DNA of 64,000 bases from NCBI GenBank assembly GCA_964016885.1, contig OZ024742.1:84010001-84074000 (forward strand), written 5' to 3'. Every line of letters begins with the position of its first letter. The first letter of the stretch is position 1. The notes beneath the pieces were generated by a model. That model was not told where the DNA came from and did no database searches. It was given only the letters and a program-made list of their open reading frames with translations. Positions 1-13,812 of this stretch are shown piece by piece. The position numbers were made by a program, and so were the translations under genes. The stretch comes from Eledone cirrhosa (lineage: Eukaryota).

Positions 1-3000
1 TAGGAAAACTGTCACCTGTATGGATTTCTACGCTTTCCGATTTATGGTAAGGGACAATTCATTCAACCATCTACACCGTTCTCAGGACCTTTTCCAACAA
101 TTTGCTGTTGATATGGCCGTTAAAATGGAGTCCGAGAGATTATGGTTCATTAAATTAAATCAAAAGAAACTTCGATCTGAATGCTACATTCATCTACGCG
201 ATGGAATTAACAACGACGTATCCCCAGACAATTTAGGGCATGTGTGTATTTTGCCTTCAACGTTCACAGTAGGACCCCGATACATGCACGAGATTACTCG
301 GGACGCCATGACCTACGCACGACATTATGGGCGCCCCAACCTTTTCATAACGTTTATATGCAATCCCAAGTGGAAGGAGATTACAAACGAACTGCTCCAC
401 GGTAAAGCGCCAAGACACAGGCACGATCTCATAGCAAGAGTGTTTCGCCTGAAATTATCCAAATTAATGGATTTATTAAAGAAAGGACAAGTTTTTGGGC
501 CTGTCAGGTGCACGGTTGAATGACAGAAACGAGGGTTTCCGCATGCCCATATCTTGATTTGGTTGGTTACAAAAATCAGTTCAAACTACATCGACAAATT
601 CATTTCTGCCAAACTACCTAATCTGTCGATTGACATGGACCTCTGCTCTATAGTCACATCAAACATGGTCCATGATCCTTGCGGACATGGACTCAATATG
701 AAGTCCCAGTGCACACACGACAGAAAGTGTACAAAACTATATTACCAGGCCGTTTTTACAGGAAACACAGACTGGCGGTAACTGATATCCGTTGTATAGG
801 CGCAGGAGACCTGAAGACGGTGGGTTCACAGTAAAAGTTGGTGAACGCGAAATCGACAACAGCTGGATAATGCCATATTCCCCCCTCCTTTTGAAAGCGT
901 TCAACGCCCATATAAACGTCGAATTTTGCAACTCAGTAACATCAATTAAATACGTTTGTAAGTACGTAAACAAGGGATAGGATGCTGCCGGGGTGTATTT
1001 CAATGATGCAACAGATGCTCAGCTAGCGATCTCACCAAAGGAAACTACACTCACCGCTTTTTTCAAACTTTGTCAACACGACGACTTCGCTCGAACTCTG
1101 CTGTATTCTGAAATACCGTCTTACTATACATGGAACTGGACAAAATGGCTACGAAGGAAGGTAGGGCAAGAGGTGGTTCGACATCCAGGCATCAAATTCG
1201 ACAATTGCCTTGGGCGAGTTTATACCGTTCACCCTACCCAACACGAATGCTTCTACCTGCGACTTCTGCTTCATGAGGTAAGAGGGCCGACTAGCTTCAC
1301 TCACCTGAGAACCGTCGATGGATACGCCTGCGAAACGTACAGGGAAGCCTGCTTGAGGCGTGGACTTTTAGAAGATGACGCACAATGGGATGCAACCTTG
1401 ACGGAAGCTGCCATCTCACAATCATCCCGTAGTCTAAGAGCACTTTTTGCTATCCTCTTGCACGTCTGTGAATTGACCAATCCTTACTCTTTATGGCAAA
1501 AGTTTAAAGATGATTTCGCAGACGAATATAGGCGCCTCGCTCAATTGCAATCTCAAAACTTAGATGTCCGCTTTTCAGACGCTATATATAACAGAGCTCT
1601 GATCAATATTGAAGACAGAGTGGCTTCAATGGGCGGAGATATCTTGGAGAAATATGGGCTTCCGCAAACACTTCGAGATGCACCATCTGACATTCCCAAC
1701 GACATTATACGTGAAACATCATATGATGTCGACGAACTCAAAAGGTATGTTGAAGAGAATGAACCAACACTTCTAATGGATCAACAATAAGCCTACAACA
1801 TTGTCGTTGATTCCATCGGTAATCGGGGAGGGTGTATATTCTTCCTGGACGCACATGGAGGCACGGGCAAAACATTTGTAATCAAACTTTTACTCGCTGC
1901 AGTGAGGCAACACGGAAACATCGCATTGGCCGTGGCTTCTTCCGGCATTGCAGCAACTTTGCTGCCTGATGACAGGACGACCCATTCTGCCTTTATCTTC
2001 CTCTCAACGTGGCATCATCTGAGACACCCACGTGCAAAATCAGCAAGTCTTCCGGAAAAGCGCTGGTGTTAAAGCGCTGCCTACTAATTGTTTGGGACGA
2101 ATGCACAATGGCCCACAGGGCGGCTTTCGAGGCATTAGACCGGTCAATCAGAGACATCAGCGACTGTAACGAACCAATGGGAGGTGTCACTTTCCTGTTA
2201 TCTGAGGTCTTCCGACAGACTCTGTCTGTAATCCCAAAAAGTACGCGGGCTGATGAGGTTGGTGCATGCCTTAAGGCCTCCCCACTTTGGCGTTATGTAA
2301 GAAAGCTGACGCTTACAACAAACACGAGGGCACAACTGCAAGGTGATGAGACATCAGCGGGTTTTGCTGCTGCCATTTTGTTCTTGGGAGATGGCAGAGT
2401 CCCACTCGACGGAGATGGTGCAGCGGACCTCACAGGGATTTGCAGATGCGTTAAGTCAATTGCTGAGTTACGGACATCCGTTTTTCCTAATCTTGAGGAG
2501 AACTACACAAATCAAGAGTGGTTGTGTGAACGCGCAATATTGGCTTCGAAAAACCACATAGTTGGAAGCATCAATGAACAGCTCATGCTGTGCTTGCCTG
2601 GAGACATGCACGTCTACAAGTCCCTTGACTCTATGGCTGATCTGGACGAAGTTGTTAATTACCCCACAGAATTTCTTAACTGACTAGACCCTCCCGGATT
2701 GCCATCACACTTACTGTAACTTAAGAAAGGTGCCCCTGTTATGCTCCTCAGAAATTTGGAACCCCGAAGGCTTTCCAGCGGCACGCGTCTGGTCATCCAA
2801 AAGGCGATGCCTCATGTTATTGAGGAAACAATACTTACAGTATGTGGTAAGGGGGATACTGTCTTCATACCAAGGATACCTCTCATTCCATCCGGTAAAG
2901 ACATTCCTTTCACATTCAGAAGGCTGCAATTCCCTCTCCGACTCAGTTTCGCCATGTCGATTAACAAATCACAGGGTCAACGCTGACGGTCGTAGGGCTT

Positions 3001-3132
3001 CATTTAGAAGAACCGTGCTTCCTCCATGGTCAACTATATGTTGGCTGCTCTCGAGTGGGGAGCCGACATAACCTATTTGCTTTTGCAGCTCACGAGAAAA
3101 CCCAAAATATAGTCTATAAGGAAGTTTTGTAG
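1..3132 (+). mobile_element. Degenerate autonomous Helitron Rep/helicase coding region (5'-truncated by the window; stops and frameshifts)
   Basis: Rep motifs LPSTF.GPRYM, YGRP.LFITF.CNPKW, VE*QKRGFPHAH, CNSVTSIKYVCKYVNKG. Pif1 helicase motifs FLDA.GGTGKT, VASSGIAATLL, IVWDECTM, FRQTL, LRNL, RLQFPLRLSFAMSINKSQGQ. Ends NIVYKEVL* at 3132. Confidence 0.95.
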
Positions 3133-3622
3133 ACACCCCATCCGCCAACAGGTAATCGCATTTTTTTTTTGTATAAGTGCTTACATTTGCTGTATCCGTG
3201 TGCTATTTTTGTCCTTTTGAAAATACCACGTACGCCTCTGAGGTTGCTTTTGCTATACGTTATAAATGTTCAATATCTCCGTTTTCCGCATTTATATGTT
3301 GCTATTATACTTTGCTATCGATGTTCGGTAGTTTTAACCTAATTAATCTACTTTTCCCTACATCTTATTTACACATTTTTTTGACATTCCAGCGTAATCT
3401 TGCCAAGGTCGTTTTTGTGGCCACCGACTGTTACATACTTTTCTAGGTTACAATCTCAAATAACAAGCAAAGCAAATTCGACACACCAAAGTCGTGTGAA
3501 GGACTTCTTAAGGGCCACCACTTCTAATCGGAGTCGTCTTTGCTGACAGCTCTACCGCTGAGACTCTTAAGAAATATTTAGAACATTCCTCATTATATAT
3601 TTCTATATTCTATTTTCTAAAG

Positions 3623-3820
3623 ATCGTTGCAGAAATATGCCAGATCATACTGAGTTCCCAATGGATGATAATTGTGCTGGTTACTGGACATGTTATAATG
3701 GAGTCGCAACTAAGGGCTGTTGTCGTCGTGGTCAATCTTTTAGAAAAAGGAGAGGTTGTATCCGAGATCGAAGTTGTAGAGATAGGTGTCGAGAGCCAGT
3801 CACAACACCCAGTCCAGAAA
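3623..3820 (+). CDS. Exon of Pif/LamG3-like gene: chitin-binding peritrophin-A (CBM14/ChtBD2) module 1
   Basis: AG at 3621-3622, GTAAGT at 3821; 198 nt, phase 1-1. Translation [65 protein letters not shown], Cys spacing C-x14-C-x5-C-x9-C-x11-C-x5-C plus two extra Cys. Confidence 0.88.
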
Positions 3821-3870
3821 GTAAGTGTTCTCTTTCTTTTTTTTTATATATATATACATATACCTCGCCT

Positions 3871-3958
<88 letters not shown>

Positions 3959-3984
3959 GCGTGTAGGGACATATACTTTATTAT

Positions 3985-4017
<33 letters not shown>

Positions 4018-4020
4018 ATA

Positions 4021-4083
<63 letters not shown>

Positions 4084-4150
4084 GTTGCCTTAGCTGCTAC
4101 TCGAACTTCGAATATGCTGTACTTTTGTATATATATATATATATATATAT

Positions 4151-5331
4151 AAAGAAAAAGAGATGAAATCGAAAATGCAACTGGAGTCTTATTTTTTTAA
4201 AAAATATATATATTTATTTGGTTCCTTTACCGGTTTCGCAGTTCTTCTGCTTTTCAAAAGTAGAGTTGAGATGGAGGGTCTGTGCTTTTTCTCACATCTG
4301 GTTGGTCTCTGAATGTTACTTGTTTTATATGGAAAAAGTGGCTCGAAATGCCAGGTTTTTCGAGAAGTAATTTGATTGGTTGGTCAATAATTATAATAAA
4401 TTTCGCGCCAGTTCGCGTTACAATGGTTCTTCAAATAAGGGGGGGGGTGTTGTCACAGGTTGTTTTTTCATATATGATTGTTTGAATTTCTTTTTACTTG
4501 AAAAAAAGGGCTCAGGAAGGCTTTTTTTTTTTTTTTTTTTTTTGTGGTTATAAATGAAATTATGGCTGTCACGTGAACAAGTTTTCATTAAATTTTCGCG
4601 CCCTTATTTGGAAATCCCTTCTGTAGCATTTTTAGAGAATTTTATGATAAGTAAAAGATAATGGTCAAGAGAAATGGGATGGGAGAATTGTTCTGGTTCA
4701 GTGAATATGGTTAGTTCGCTGGGGTGTCAGAATTCAGATTTTCTATTGAATAAAGAAAGTAAAGATATGTATGTTTATTTGTGTGCTTGTGTGTGTGTGC
4801 GTGTGTGTGTGTGTTGTGTGTGCGTGCTTGAATTTCTTTTTACTTTAAAAAAAGGTGGCTCACGAAGGCTTTTTTTAATAAACGTGATTTGATTGGTTAT
4901 AAATGAAATTTGGCTGTCACGTGAACAAGTTTTCATTACATTTTCGCGCCCTTATTTGGAAATCTATTCTGTAGCCTTTATAGGGAATGTTATGACAAGG
5001 AAAAGATAGTGGCCAAGAGAAATGGGATGGGAGAATTGTTCTGGCTCAGTGAATATGGTTAGTTCGCTGGGGTGTGAGAGTTCAGATTTTCTATTGAAGT
5101 AAAGATATGTATGTTTATACAACCAGATGTGAGAAAAACCACAGACCCTCCATCTCAACTCTACTTTTGAAAAGCAGAAGAACTGCGAAACCGGTAAAGG
5201 AACCAAATAAATATATATATTTAAAAAAAAAATAAGACTCCAGTTGCATTTTCGTTTCATCTCTTTTTCTTTATACTTTCACTCGTGTAGGATACCTCGG
5301 TTATTTTTCAATTTGTAAAAAAAACCTCACA

Positions 5332-5338
<7 letters not shown>
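4151..5338. mobile_element. Fold-back Penelope-like terminal fragment between (TA)n tracts
   Basis: 4151-4300 is the reverse complement of ~5121-5272; internal direct duplication ~4480-4780 vs ~4828-5118; same family at 53868-54608. Confidence 0.7.
5164..5199 (+). ncRNA. Minimal type I hammerhead ribozyme, U3-A8 variant (inverted copy at 4225-4260)
   Basis: ctt-TTGAAAA-gcag(aagaa)ctgc-GAAA-ccgg-TA-aag. Confidence 0.6.
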
Positions 5339-5404
<66 letters not shown>

Positions 5405-5649
5405 AAGTATGACCCCGACGGCAGAGCTCAAGCCGTTTCGACGGCTATTTCTAGATATTTATACAAGGTTTAGAGCACGTGTGTGCATGTTTGACTGTTC
5501 ATATATCATATTTTGATACACACACACACACGCAAAAATGTCGAATAAAACGAACAAAAAATTAACAAAGTTGCCATAAAATAGGGAAGCAGAAAGTAAA
5601 TAATGGAAATACAATGATTGAAGCTTGCTAGAGTTGTACGCCGTCCGGC

Positions 5650-6300
5650 AACACATTGGTTACATATTCTTGCCGCGGATTATAGTATTCCATCCTCCAT
5701 AATGTCATCTCATCCGCTATCGGCTTTCAACATGGTGACCTCCTAGGTCCTTTCCTTTTTGAACCCGAGGTAAAGAAGCTTGCAGATAGTAGCTGAATGA
5801 CGCAACGTTAGGCGGGCTTGTAAAAATTACCTGCCCAGGTTCCCACTCAATAGTTCATGCTCTGCTGGTGATTGATAAAGAGATCAACTCGTCCAAGCTG
5901 GAGATTGTGAAAGAATTATTACGACACAGAGGGCTTTGAAGCCTCCGTCATGAACGCGTTATTGATACTCCACCACATATAGGTGACCCCGAATAAAGAT
6001 ATTCTCATCTCTGTATCGCTGTATCTCCAATCTGCCCTGTGATTCTGAGCATTCTGCGCCTAATTGACGCATTTTTGGATTTATTCCTGTTGAGGAGGAA
6101 CTGCTTCGCCATGCCAAAGAATGTGTGTACCATTCGGAGTGACGCCTGTTACGCAACTTATCTCTCTGATCCTGATGTCTGCAAGCGGCATGGAACAGGG
6201 GAGATATGAAACGACTAGTTCAATGACACCAAGTGGCAACAAACCACCTTATCTGTCAGATATGACGGTCTTGGTTTCCTGTCTCCAGTTCCAGAGGCAT
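5650..6300 (-). mobile_element. Possible highly decayed Penelope-like RT remnant
   Basis: Minus-strand RYRDE.IFI.G and FYKP resemble RT YxDD and thumb motifs; many stops. Confidence 0.3.
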
Positions 6301-6979
6301 ATATTTATATCTACCTAAATATACATCTCCCTATTCCGAAATAACATATACACACTTCAAATGTCACCCACGAAAATCAATGCACATAAACAACTCTCAC
6401 TCACAGGCACACAAACATCACTCTCCTTCATGCATATTTACCCGATTCGCTCGCCGGTTTTTGAGAAACATTTTCCTCAGCTTTCTTAATTCCCGTCATT
6501 TTCAAAATAGTACCATTGTCCATCTTAAAAAAAAAAAAAAAAAAAAAATGTTCTGCCGTTTACGTTTTATATCTCTTAATTGTCTTCTATTTGCCGAAAA
6601 AGTCAAAATTCTGACAAGGCAAAATTACATTTTCGATTTCTTTTCAACCTAATAACTGATTTAGTTTTTATTGTCTCCTCTCCTTCATTACCACGTGATA
6701 TTTGAAAAGGAAAAATGAATAAGATGAGGCGTTGAAATATCTATACAACATTGGATTATAGTCCAATAAGCTTCTGCAGTAGGTGACTACTCTCTAAATA
6801 TTCATAGTGAAATATTCATTGACAAGCAAGAGCACGAAGAGTAGTAATTATTCTAGTCGCAGGATTTACACTAGAGTGTCTTTTCATAGTCTTTTCTAAT
6901 AGATACCCACACGTCAGTATGTGTTTGATTTTGGAATTTTCCTTTCTCTAATGGTTTTCTTGTGTATCCTGAAGAAACG

Positions 6980-7540
6980 TGCCTATAGATATAACCACGT
7001 GCAAATTAAAATTATTATATACACAGGTAAACATGCAACTATATGAACATGCCGACATAAAGTCGATACTAGCGGATTTGAATTTAGCAAGAGTGCAGGT
7101 AAAAGATCGCTTCACATCTACTTGTTGTTTTGGTTTCGGCATAGAGTTACAGCCCTTGCCATTCTGAGTTCAAATCCCGCCGAGGTTAACTTTGCCTTTT
7201 ATCCTTACAGGGTCGATAAAATAAAGTACCAGTAGTACACTGGGCAAGTGCTGGCCTTGTGCCAAAAAGTAGAAACAGTTATTACTATGCAGATTCTTAT
7301 GTAAATGGTTTTATCTTAAACATTCATTTCTCTAAGAATCTGCATAGTAATAACAAACACCAAACAACATGTAGTTGTGAAGCGATCTTTTGAAACTCAT
7401 AGCACACCTGCGCTCTCGCTGAAATCAAATCCGCTAGCATCGACTTTATGTCTTGACTGTGGAAGACTATGTTTTTGAATTTTTGACTGTAGCAGTGTAC
7501 ATATAATTCAAGCAGCCGGTTTTCACACATATCTTATTAC
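6980..7540. mobile_element. MITE-like fold-back with a SINE fragment (~7160-7290) in its centre
   Basis: ~7050-7137 is the reverse complement of ~7354-7455; centre contains GAGTTCAAATCCC (B-box) followed by ctttgccttttatcc...gtcgataaaataaagtaccag. Confidence 0.55.
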
Positions 7541-7704
7541 ATTGATTCTACTAAAGATTGACATTGAGTGTCTGTGTAATAGTCAGTAACATACTCTATG
7601 CTTCATTAAGAACAAAGTTTCCCTAGTTGATTGACACGAATACACATTGAAAACAGCAAAGGAGAATATATTAAAATTGATTTAAAATTTCCTGCATTTT
7701 CATG

Positions 7705-7825
<121 letters not shown>

Positions 7826-8157
7826 AACTCATATGACAATAATTTCAGTGAACTTTTCCCCAGAAATTTACTTTCCATGACAATAATATTGGGTTCTTAC
7901 TTAGCATAAATTTAGTTATTATTATCAGAAAACTATATTTATTGATCAATAACAGGTCTCTATATTAATTGTAGTTATCTTATTGACTCGAGAGTGATGA
8001 AAGACAAACTGTGCTTCGGTAGGATCCAACTCCTCAGGATGCAGTAACACAGATTTCTGTATATATTCGGTCATATATATTTCTACATATTCTTCAGTAT
8101 TCCCTCACTCTCAAAGAATAATAATAATCATTTGTATTTATGTTTCATTTTCCAAAG

Positions 8158-8358
8158 ATCGTTGCAGAAATATACCAGATCATACTGAGCTTCCAATGGA
8201 TGATAATTGCGCTGGATACTGGACATGTGATAATGGAATCTCAACTAAGGGCTGTTGTCCTCGTGGTCAATCTTTTAGAGAAGGAAGAGGTTGTGTCCGT
8301 AACCGATATTGTCGAGACAGGTGCAACATTATAATAATTAACCCTCCACCACCAGAAG
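8158..8358 (+). CDS. Exon of Pif/LamG3-like gene: chitin-binding module 2 (duplicate of 3623-3820)
   Basis: AG at 8156-8157, GT at 8359; 201 nt, phase 1-1. Translation [66 protein letters not shown]. Confidence 0.88.
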
Positions 8359-9224
8359 GTGTGTAATCTTTGTATCTTCGTATACACACACACACACAAC
8401 TATATATATATATATATTTACATAAGAATATATATATGTGTGTGTGTGGTGTGTGTGAGTGCGTGTGTGTGTCTGTCTGTGTAACTGTCAACCATCACAT
8501 AAAGGTAAGAACAAATTCAAAAGATTCAACATATTACAACATTAGTGTAGAATTATAATTCTTAAAATAAAAAATAAAAATGTCTGCAACTGTTCGAATA
8601 ATGGTTCGAGGTCACTGACACACACACACATACATACACACATACACACACACATACACACACACACAAACACACACACTCCCTCCCCTCTCTCTAACAT
8701 ACATACATATATATATTTATATATATAAATTAATTATAACGAGCGAGACAATTAGATTTCGTTTAGGATCACCGTTACCTACTCAATGATTTTACAAAAA
8801 AACTATGTGGTAAAGACGAATTTCCATATCAGATTGGTCGATAAATGGTTTTATGTGGGAACACAAAGAATACTCCGAACTGTAGAGTTTCATCGAACGT
8901 TCTATGCGCAGTTGGTGCTTTAGCAAAACATCACGCACAAAAACCAGGCGTTATTTCCGAAAAGATCAAGTAAGTCTTCGTAGTCAGGACCGACTAGGTG
9001 AACGTTCAACGGAGTTCAGTCCTAAATTCTAGTGAAAGAACTTGTCCGAGATACCCACAGCGACCAAACTTAACCCCACTATAGACGTGATAGTGGTTTT
9101 AAGCGTGGCAACATCGCATGACATTCTAATGAGAAATGTAGTCAAATTCTATCATTAGAAGAAAGGACAGAATTGGCGGTTAAATTCAAACAGTTTGAAA
9201 AGTGCACCGTAGATCTCAACGAAG

Positions 9225-9262
<38 letters not shown>

Positions 9263-9266
<4 letters not shown>

Positions 9267-10341
9267 AAAGTTTGTCCTTCATCAGTGATCTTCCAACCAT
9301 CATAGGCATTTCATCGCTTTAAAACCATATATCTCCGGTTGGTGCGAACAACGGCTAAAAAAAGTCGCTGGGACACGTAAATAAAGGGGACGCGAGGGTA
9401 AACAAACAAAATGGTGAAGCAACAGAAAGTGAGGAAGAAAGAGACAAGTCCCAGATTTCTATGAATTTAAATTCGGTGAAATCGTGAACGAGAGAATAAA
9501 GACCATCAGACCTGGTTGAAATGTGAGCAAGGAAGGAATTTCGCACAGGTCTAACGGGAGGAACAAGGGGTCTGGTCTGCGAATTCGGTAAACATAAGTT
9601 CTGTGAAATCGTAGACGAGAGAGAGAAAAAATTCATACCAGCTTGGCCAGCGTGCGAGAGAAAATAATTACACACAGGTCAAACGGGAAGAAAGAGGAGG
9701 AGGAGAGGTAGTGACAGAGAATGAGTGAGTGAAGGGTGAGGAAGAGGCTAACAGAGAGAGAGACTGCTAGAAAGAGTAAAGATACATAGAACGAAAAAGA
9801 CGAGTAGCAGCAGAGGAAGAAATATGTGTAAATATGATAATAAGGGCGCTGCGGAGTTGCAAATGGGTTACATATGAAAAAAGTTTGTCCTTCATCAGTG
9901 ATCTTCCAACCATCATAGTTTTCTCTCTCTCGTCTACGATTTCACAGAACTTATGTTTACCGAATTCGCAGACCAGACCCCTTCTTCCTCCCATTAGACC
10001 TTTGTGAAATTCCTTCCTTGCTCACATTTCAACCAGGTCTGATGGTCTTTATTCTCTCGTTCACGATTTCACCGAATTTAAATTCATAGAAATCTGGGAC
10101 TTGTCTCTTTCTTCCTCACTTTCTGTTGCTTCACCATTTTGTTTGTTTACCCTCGCGTCCCCTTTATTTACGTGTCCCAACGACTTTTTTTAGCCGTTGT
10201 TCGCACCAACCGGAGGTATATGGTTTGAAATGCCTATGATGGTTGAAATGCGATGAAATGCCTATGATGGTTGGAAGATCATTGATGAAGGACAAACTTT
10301 TTTCATATGTAACCCATTTGCAACTCCGCAGCGCCCTTATT

Positions 10342-10345
<4 letters not shown>
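9263..10345. mobile_element. Large fold-back element in (TA)n, probable Penelope-like pLTR derivative
   Basis: 9263-9630 is the reverse complement of ~9918-10305; extra terminal copy 9835-9918; related sequence at ~24050-24360 and ~50870-51062. Confidence 0.65.
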
Positions 10346-10422
<77 letters not shown>

Positions 10423-10469
10423 ATATATATATATATAAATATCGGCGAAACTGTACAGTTCGGAGTACT

Positions 10470-10527
<58 letters not shown>

Positions 10528-10941
10528 TACTCCGAATCGTACAGTTTCACCGATGTTTATATATATATATACAGTCGAGCTGAACACCCGATTACGCGGT
10601 TAAACCACTGGGAGTGAAGGACCCCTAGCCTTTGTCAGGGCATTCTTCTAGAAGGCAACTCAGGAAACTGGGATAACTCCGATATTAAACCTGCGGCTCA
10701 GTAGTAACCGATGATGTTGATCTTTTCTTCTTTTCGGGTTATAGCTACTGTTGCTCAGAGAGTGGGATTGGCTCAGTGCACAGTCTTTCGTCACTTTAAA
10801 AAATATCTTCACGCACAGGCATTGCACGATAGAATTAATTAATAATTATTAATAATGGTATATCGTGCAATGGCCATACTCGATAACGAGGGGGAAGCCA
10901 TATATATATAAAGATCGGGGAAACAGTACAGTTCGGAGTAT

Positions 10942-11066
<125 letters not shown>

Positions 11067-11077
11067 ATACATATATA

Positions 11078-12820
11078 TGTCTAATGGTAGCTAAGATGCT
11101 TCCAGAGGCGGTACGCCGGTTGAGCACTCTATGCTCGTACGGGACAGTGGGTGAGTGACAGCTCACGCCCTGACGGTCTGCGGGCTGCTACAAGTGGTCA
11201 GAATAATGATGACGTCACTAACCAGTGACCAAGCCAAGGACGCGCAAAGCGGATGAAGGTGGACGATATAGGCTTAAAGGGCCAGAAATCCCCAGAAAGA
11301 GGATATAATTCGAAATCAATAGACGTGTCCGAAGATCCTGCGAGTCTAGAGTCAGGTAGATCCAAACACGGATCGCACCTCGAGCTGTTTGCCGGGGAAA
11401 CAATTGTAACACACAATAAATTGTGTTCCGATGCATCACTGATTTTTCATTTTACGCCGACCGGGCGAGAAGGCGTTCGTTTTTTGGCGTCAACCGAGGA
11501 GTAATTTGCGTTGCTCCAGCGGTAACGAACGTCTTCTATCGTGGGTCCGGTCGGGCGGCGGCGGCGGCGGCGGTCTGTAAAGGCAATAATTCGTCGATGG
11601 CGGCGTGTACGGGCTGTAACGTGACGGCGGGTCGTGGACGATGACGACATCGCATATAGGGTATCCGAACACGCCTAACCCGTAACCTACGCAGTAAACC
11701 GAAAGCTGCAACGGCTAGCACCCTTCCGTTCACTAAGCTCGTTCGACCGAGGTTACTCTATATAATAGACAGGACCCCCTGGCCGTGCTGCATCCTCTGG
11801 AATCGTTGCAAATCCCCCAAGGGCGATCCGCCCGCCACGGGTCGGCTACGGAACCGCCTAGACGGCGGGTTGGCTTCGGTCCCGCTGTCGATGCGGGACC
11901 TAGAATGGCTAGAGAGATAGAAGGCGGCGTGTCGTCGACGAAGCTACACCACTTCGCCGTTCCGGCGTCGTCGTCGGCTGGATTCCCCTGCAGCCACCAC
12001 GGGTCGGACGCGGCCGACTCGGCCGACTCGGCACGCATCAACGGCGGAACGTTTACCGGGTACGCGGCGGAAGCGGAAGGCGTCGTGTCGCGTGTACACG
12101 CCGTCTTGCCGCATCTCTTTCCCGGCAGCTACTCGCAAACGTACGGGTCGGCAGCGGCGGAACCGCCTAGCCGGCGGATTCGATTACTTTCCGCCGTCTA
12201 CACGGGGCCTCCCCGAAGGAAGCTAGTTGGCGGCGTGTTGTCGTCGCGTCGACGACCAAGCTACTCCACTCTGCCGTTCGGGCGTCGTCATCGGCGGCTG
12301 GATTCTCCTGCAGCTATACGGGTCGGAGGCGGCCAACTGGGCACGCCCCTTAAAGGCGGAACACGCATCGGAGGCGGAGGGCGAGCGTTAACGTGCAGGC
12401 GGGGCGGACGAGTTCTAGACGGCATGTCGTCGAGGCGGAGACATCCGTCATAGCATAGGGTAAGCCGGCACGTACCCGTCTTGAAAACGGAATATTCACG
12501 ACTCTCAACGGGTAGCACCCGGAATCGTTTTCTTCGAGCTCGTCCGATCAAGCCTACCCTATATAATAGACAGGACCCCCTGGCCGTGCTGCAAAATCCC
12601 TACTCGGTGGTATTCCCCGCAGGCGTTTCGCAACCCTACGGGTCGGCGGCGGATCCGCCTCGCCGGCGGGTTGCGAACTTTCTCGCGATCGAAGCGGGAA
12701 GGCGTGAACGAATAAAGGAACGTTTGCCGGGTTCGAGGCGGAAGACGGAAGGCGTCGTGTCGCGGAACTTCGCGTATACACACCGTCTTGCCGCCTGTCT
12801 TTCCCGGCAGCTACTCGTTT
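11078..12820 (+). mobile_element. GC-rich insertion in (TA)n carrying a hammerhead; retroelement of unresolved class
   Basis: Sharp GC/CpG increase bounded by (TA)n on both sides; internal repeats 11758-11793 ~ 12559-12593 and 12075-12136 ~ 12747-12817; hammerhead at 11325-11412. Confidence 0.55.
11325..11412 (+). ncRNA. Type I hammerhead ribozyme (U4C variant, extended helix II)
   Basis: gtgt-CCGAAGA-tcc...ggg-GAAA-caattg-TA-acac; AATAAA follows at 11415. Confidence 0.6.
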
Positions 12821-13042
12821 TATATATATATATATATATGTTCTATCTACAAGTTTCCAATTACAAAGGATTCGTAACCTGAAATTATAGTACAAAACAC
12901 CTAACCATATATATGTTTGCGTACACAGATGCACACAGGCACGTACTCACTAACATATGCATACATACTCACACAGTCACAAACATAAATAAGCACACAT
13001 ATGAATATACATGCATAAGAACGTTAGAAATCATTATTTATA

Positions 13043-13812
<770 letters not shown>

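Noticed and set aside
3400-3820. Helitron capture of the chitin-binding exon
   Set aside because: The exon splices in frame with five downstream exons over 25 kb, and a weak CTAG end lies at 3443-3446 before it; an intronic Helitron insertion is simpler.
11785-12453. 222-aa Arg/Gly/Ala-rich ORF and overlapping ORFs
   Set aside because: No recognisable domain; open frames on both strands are expected from the high GC content.
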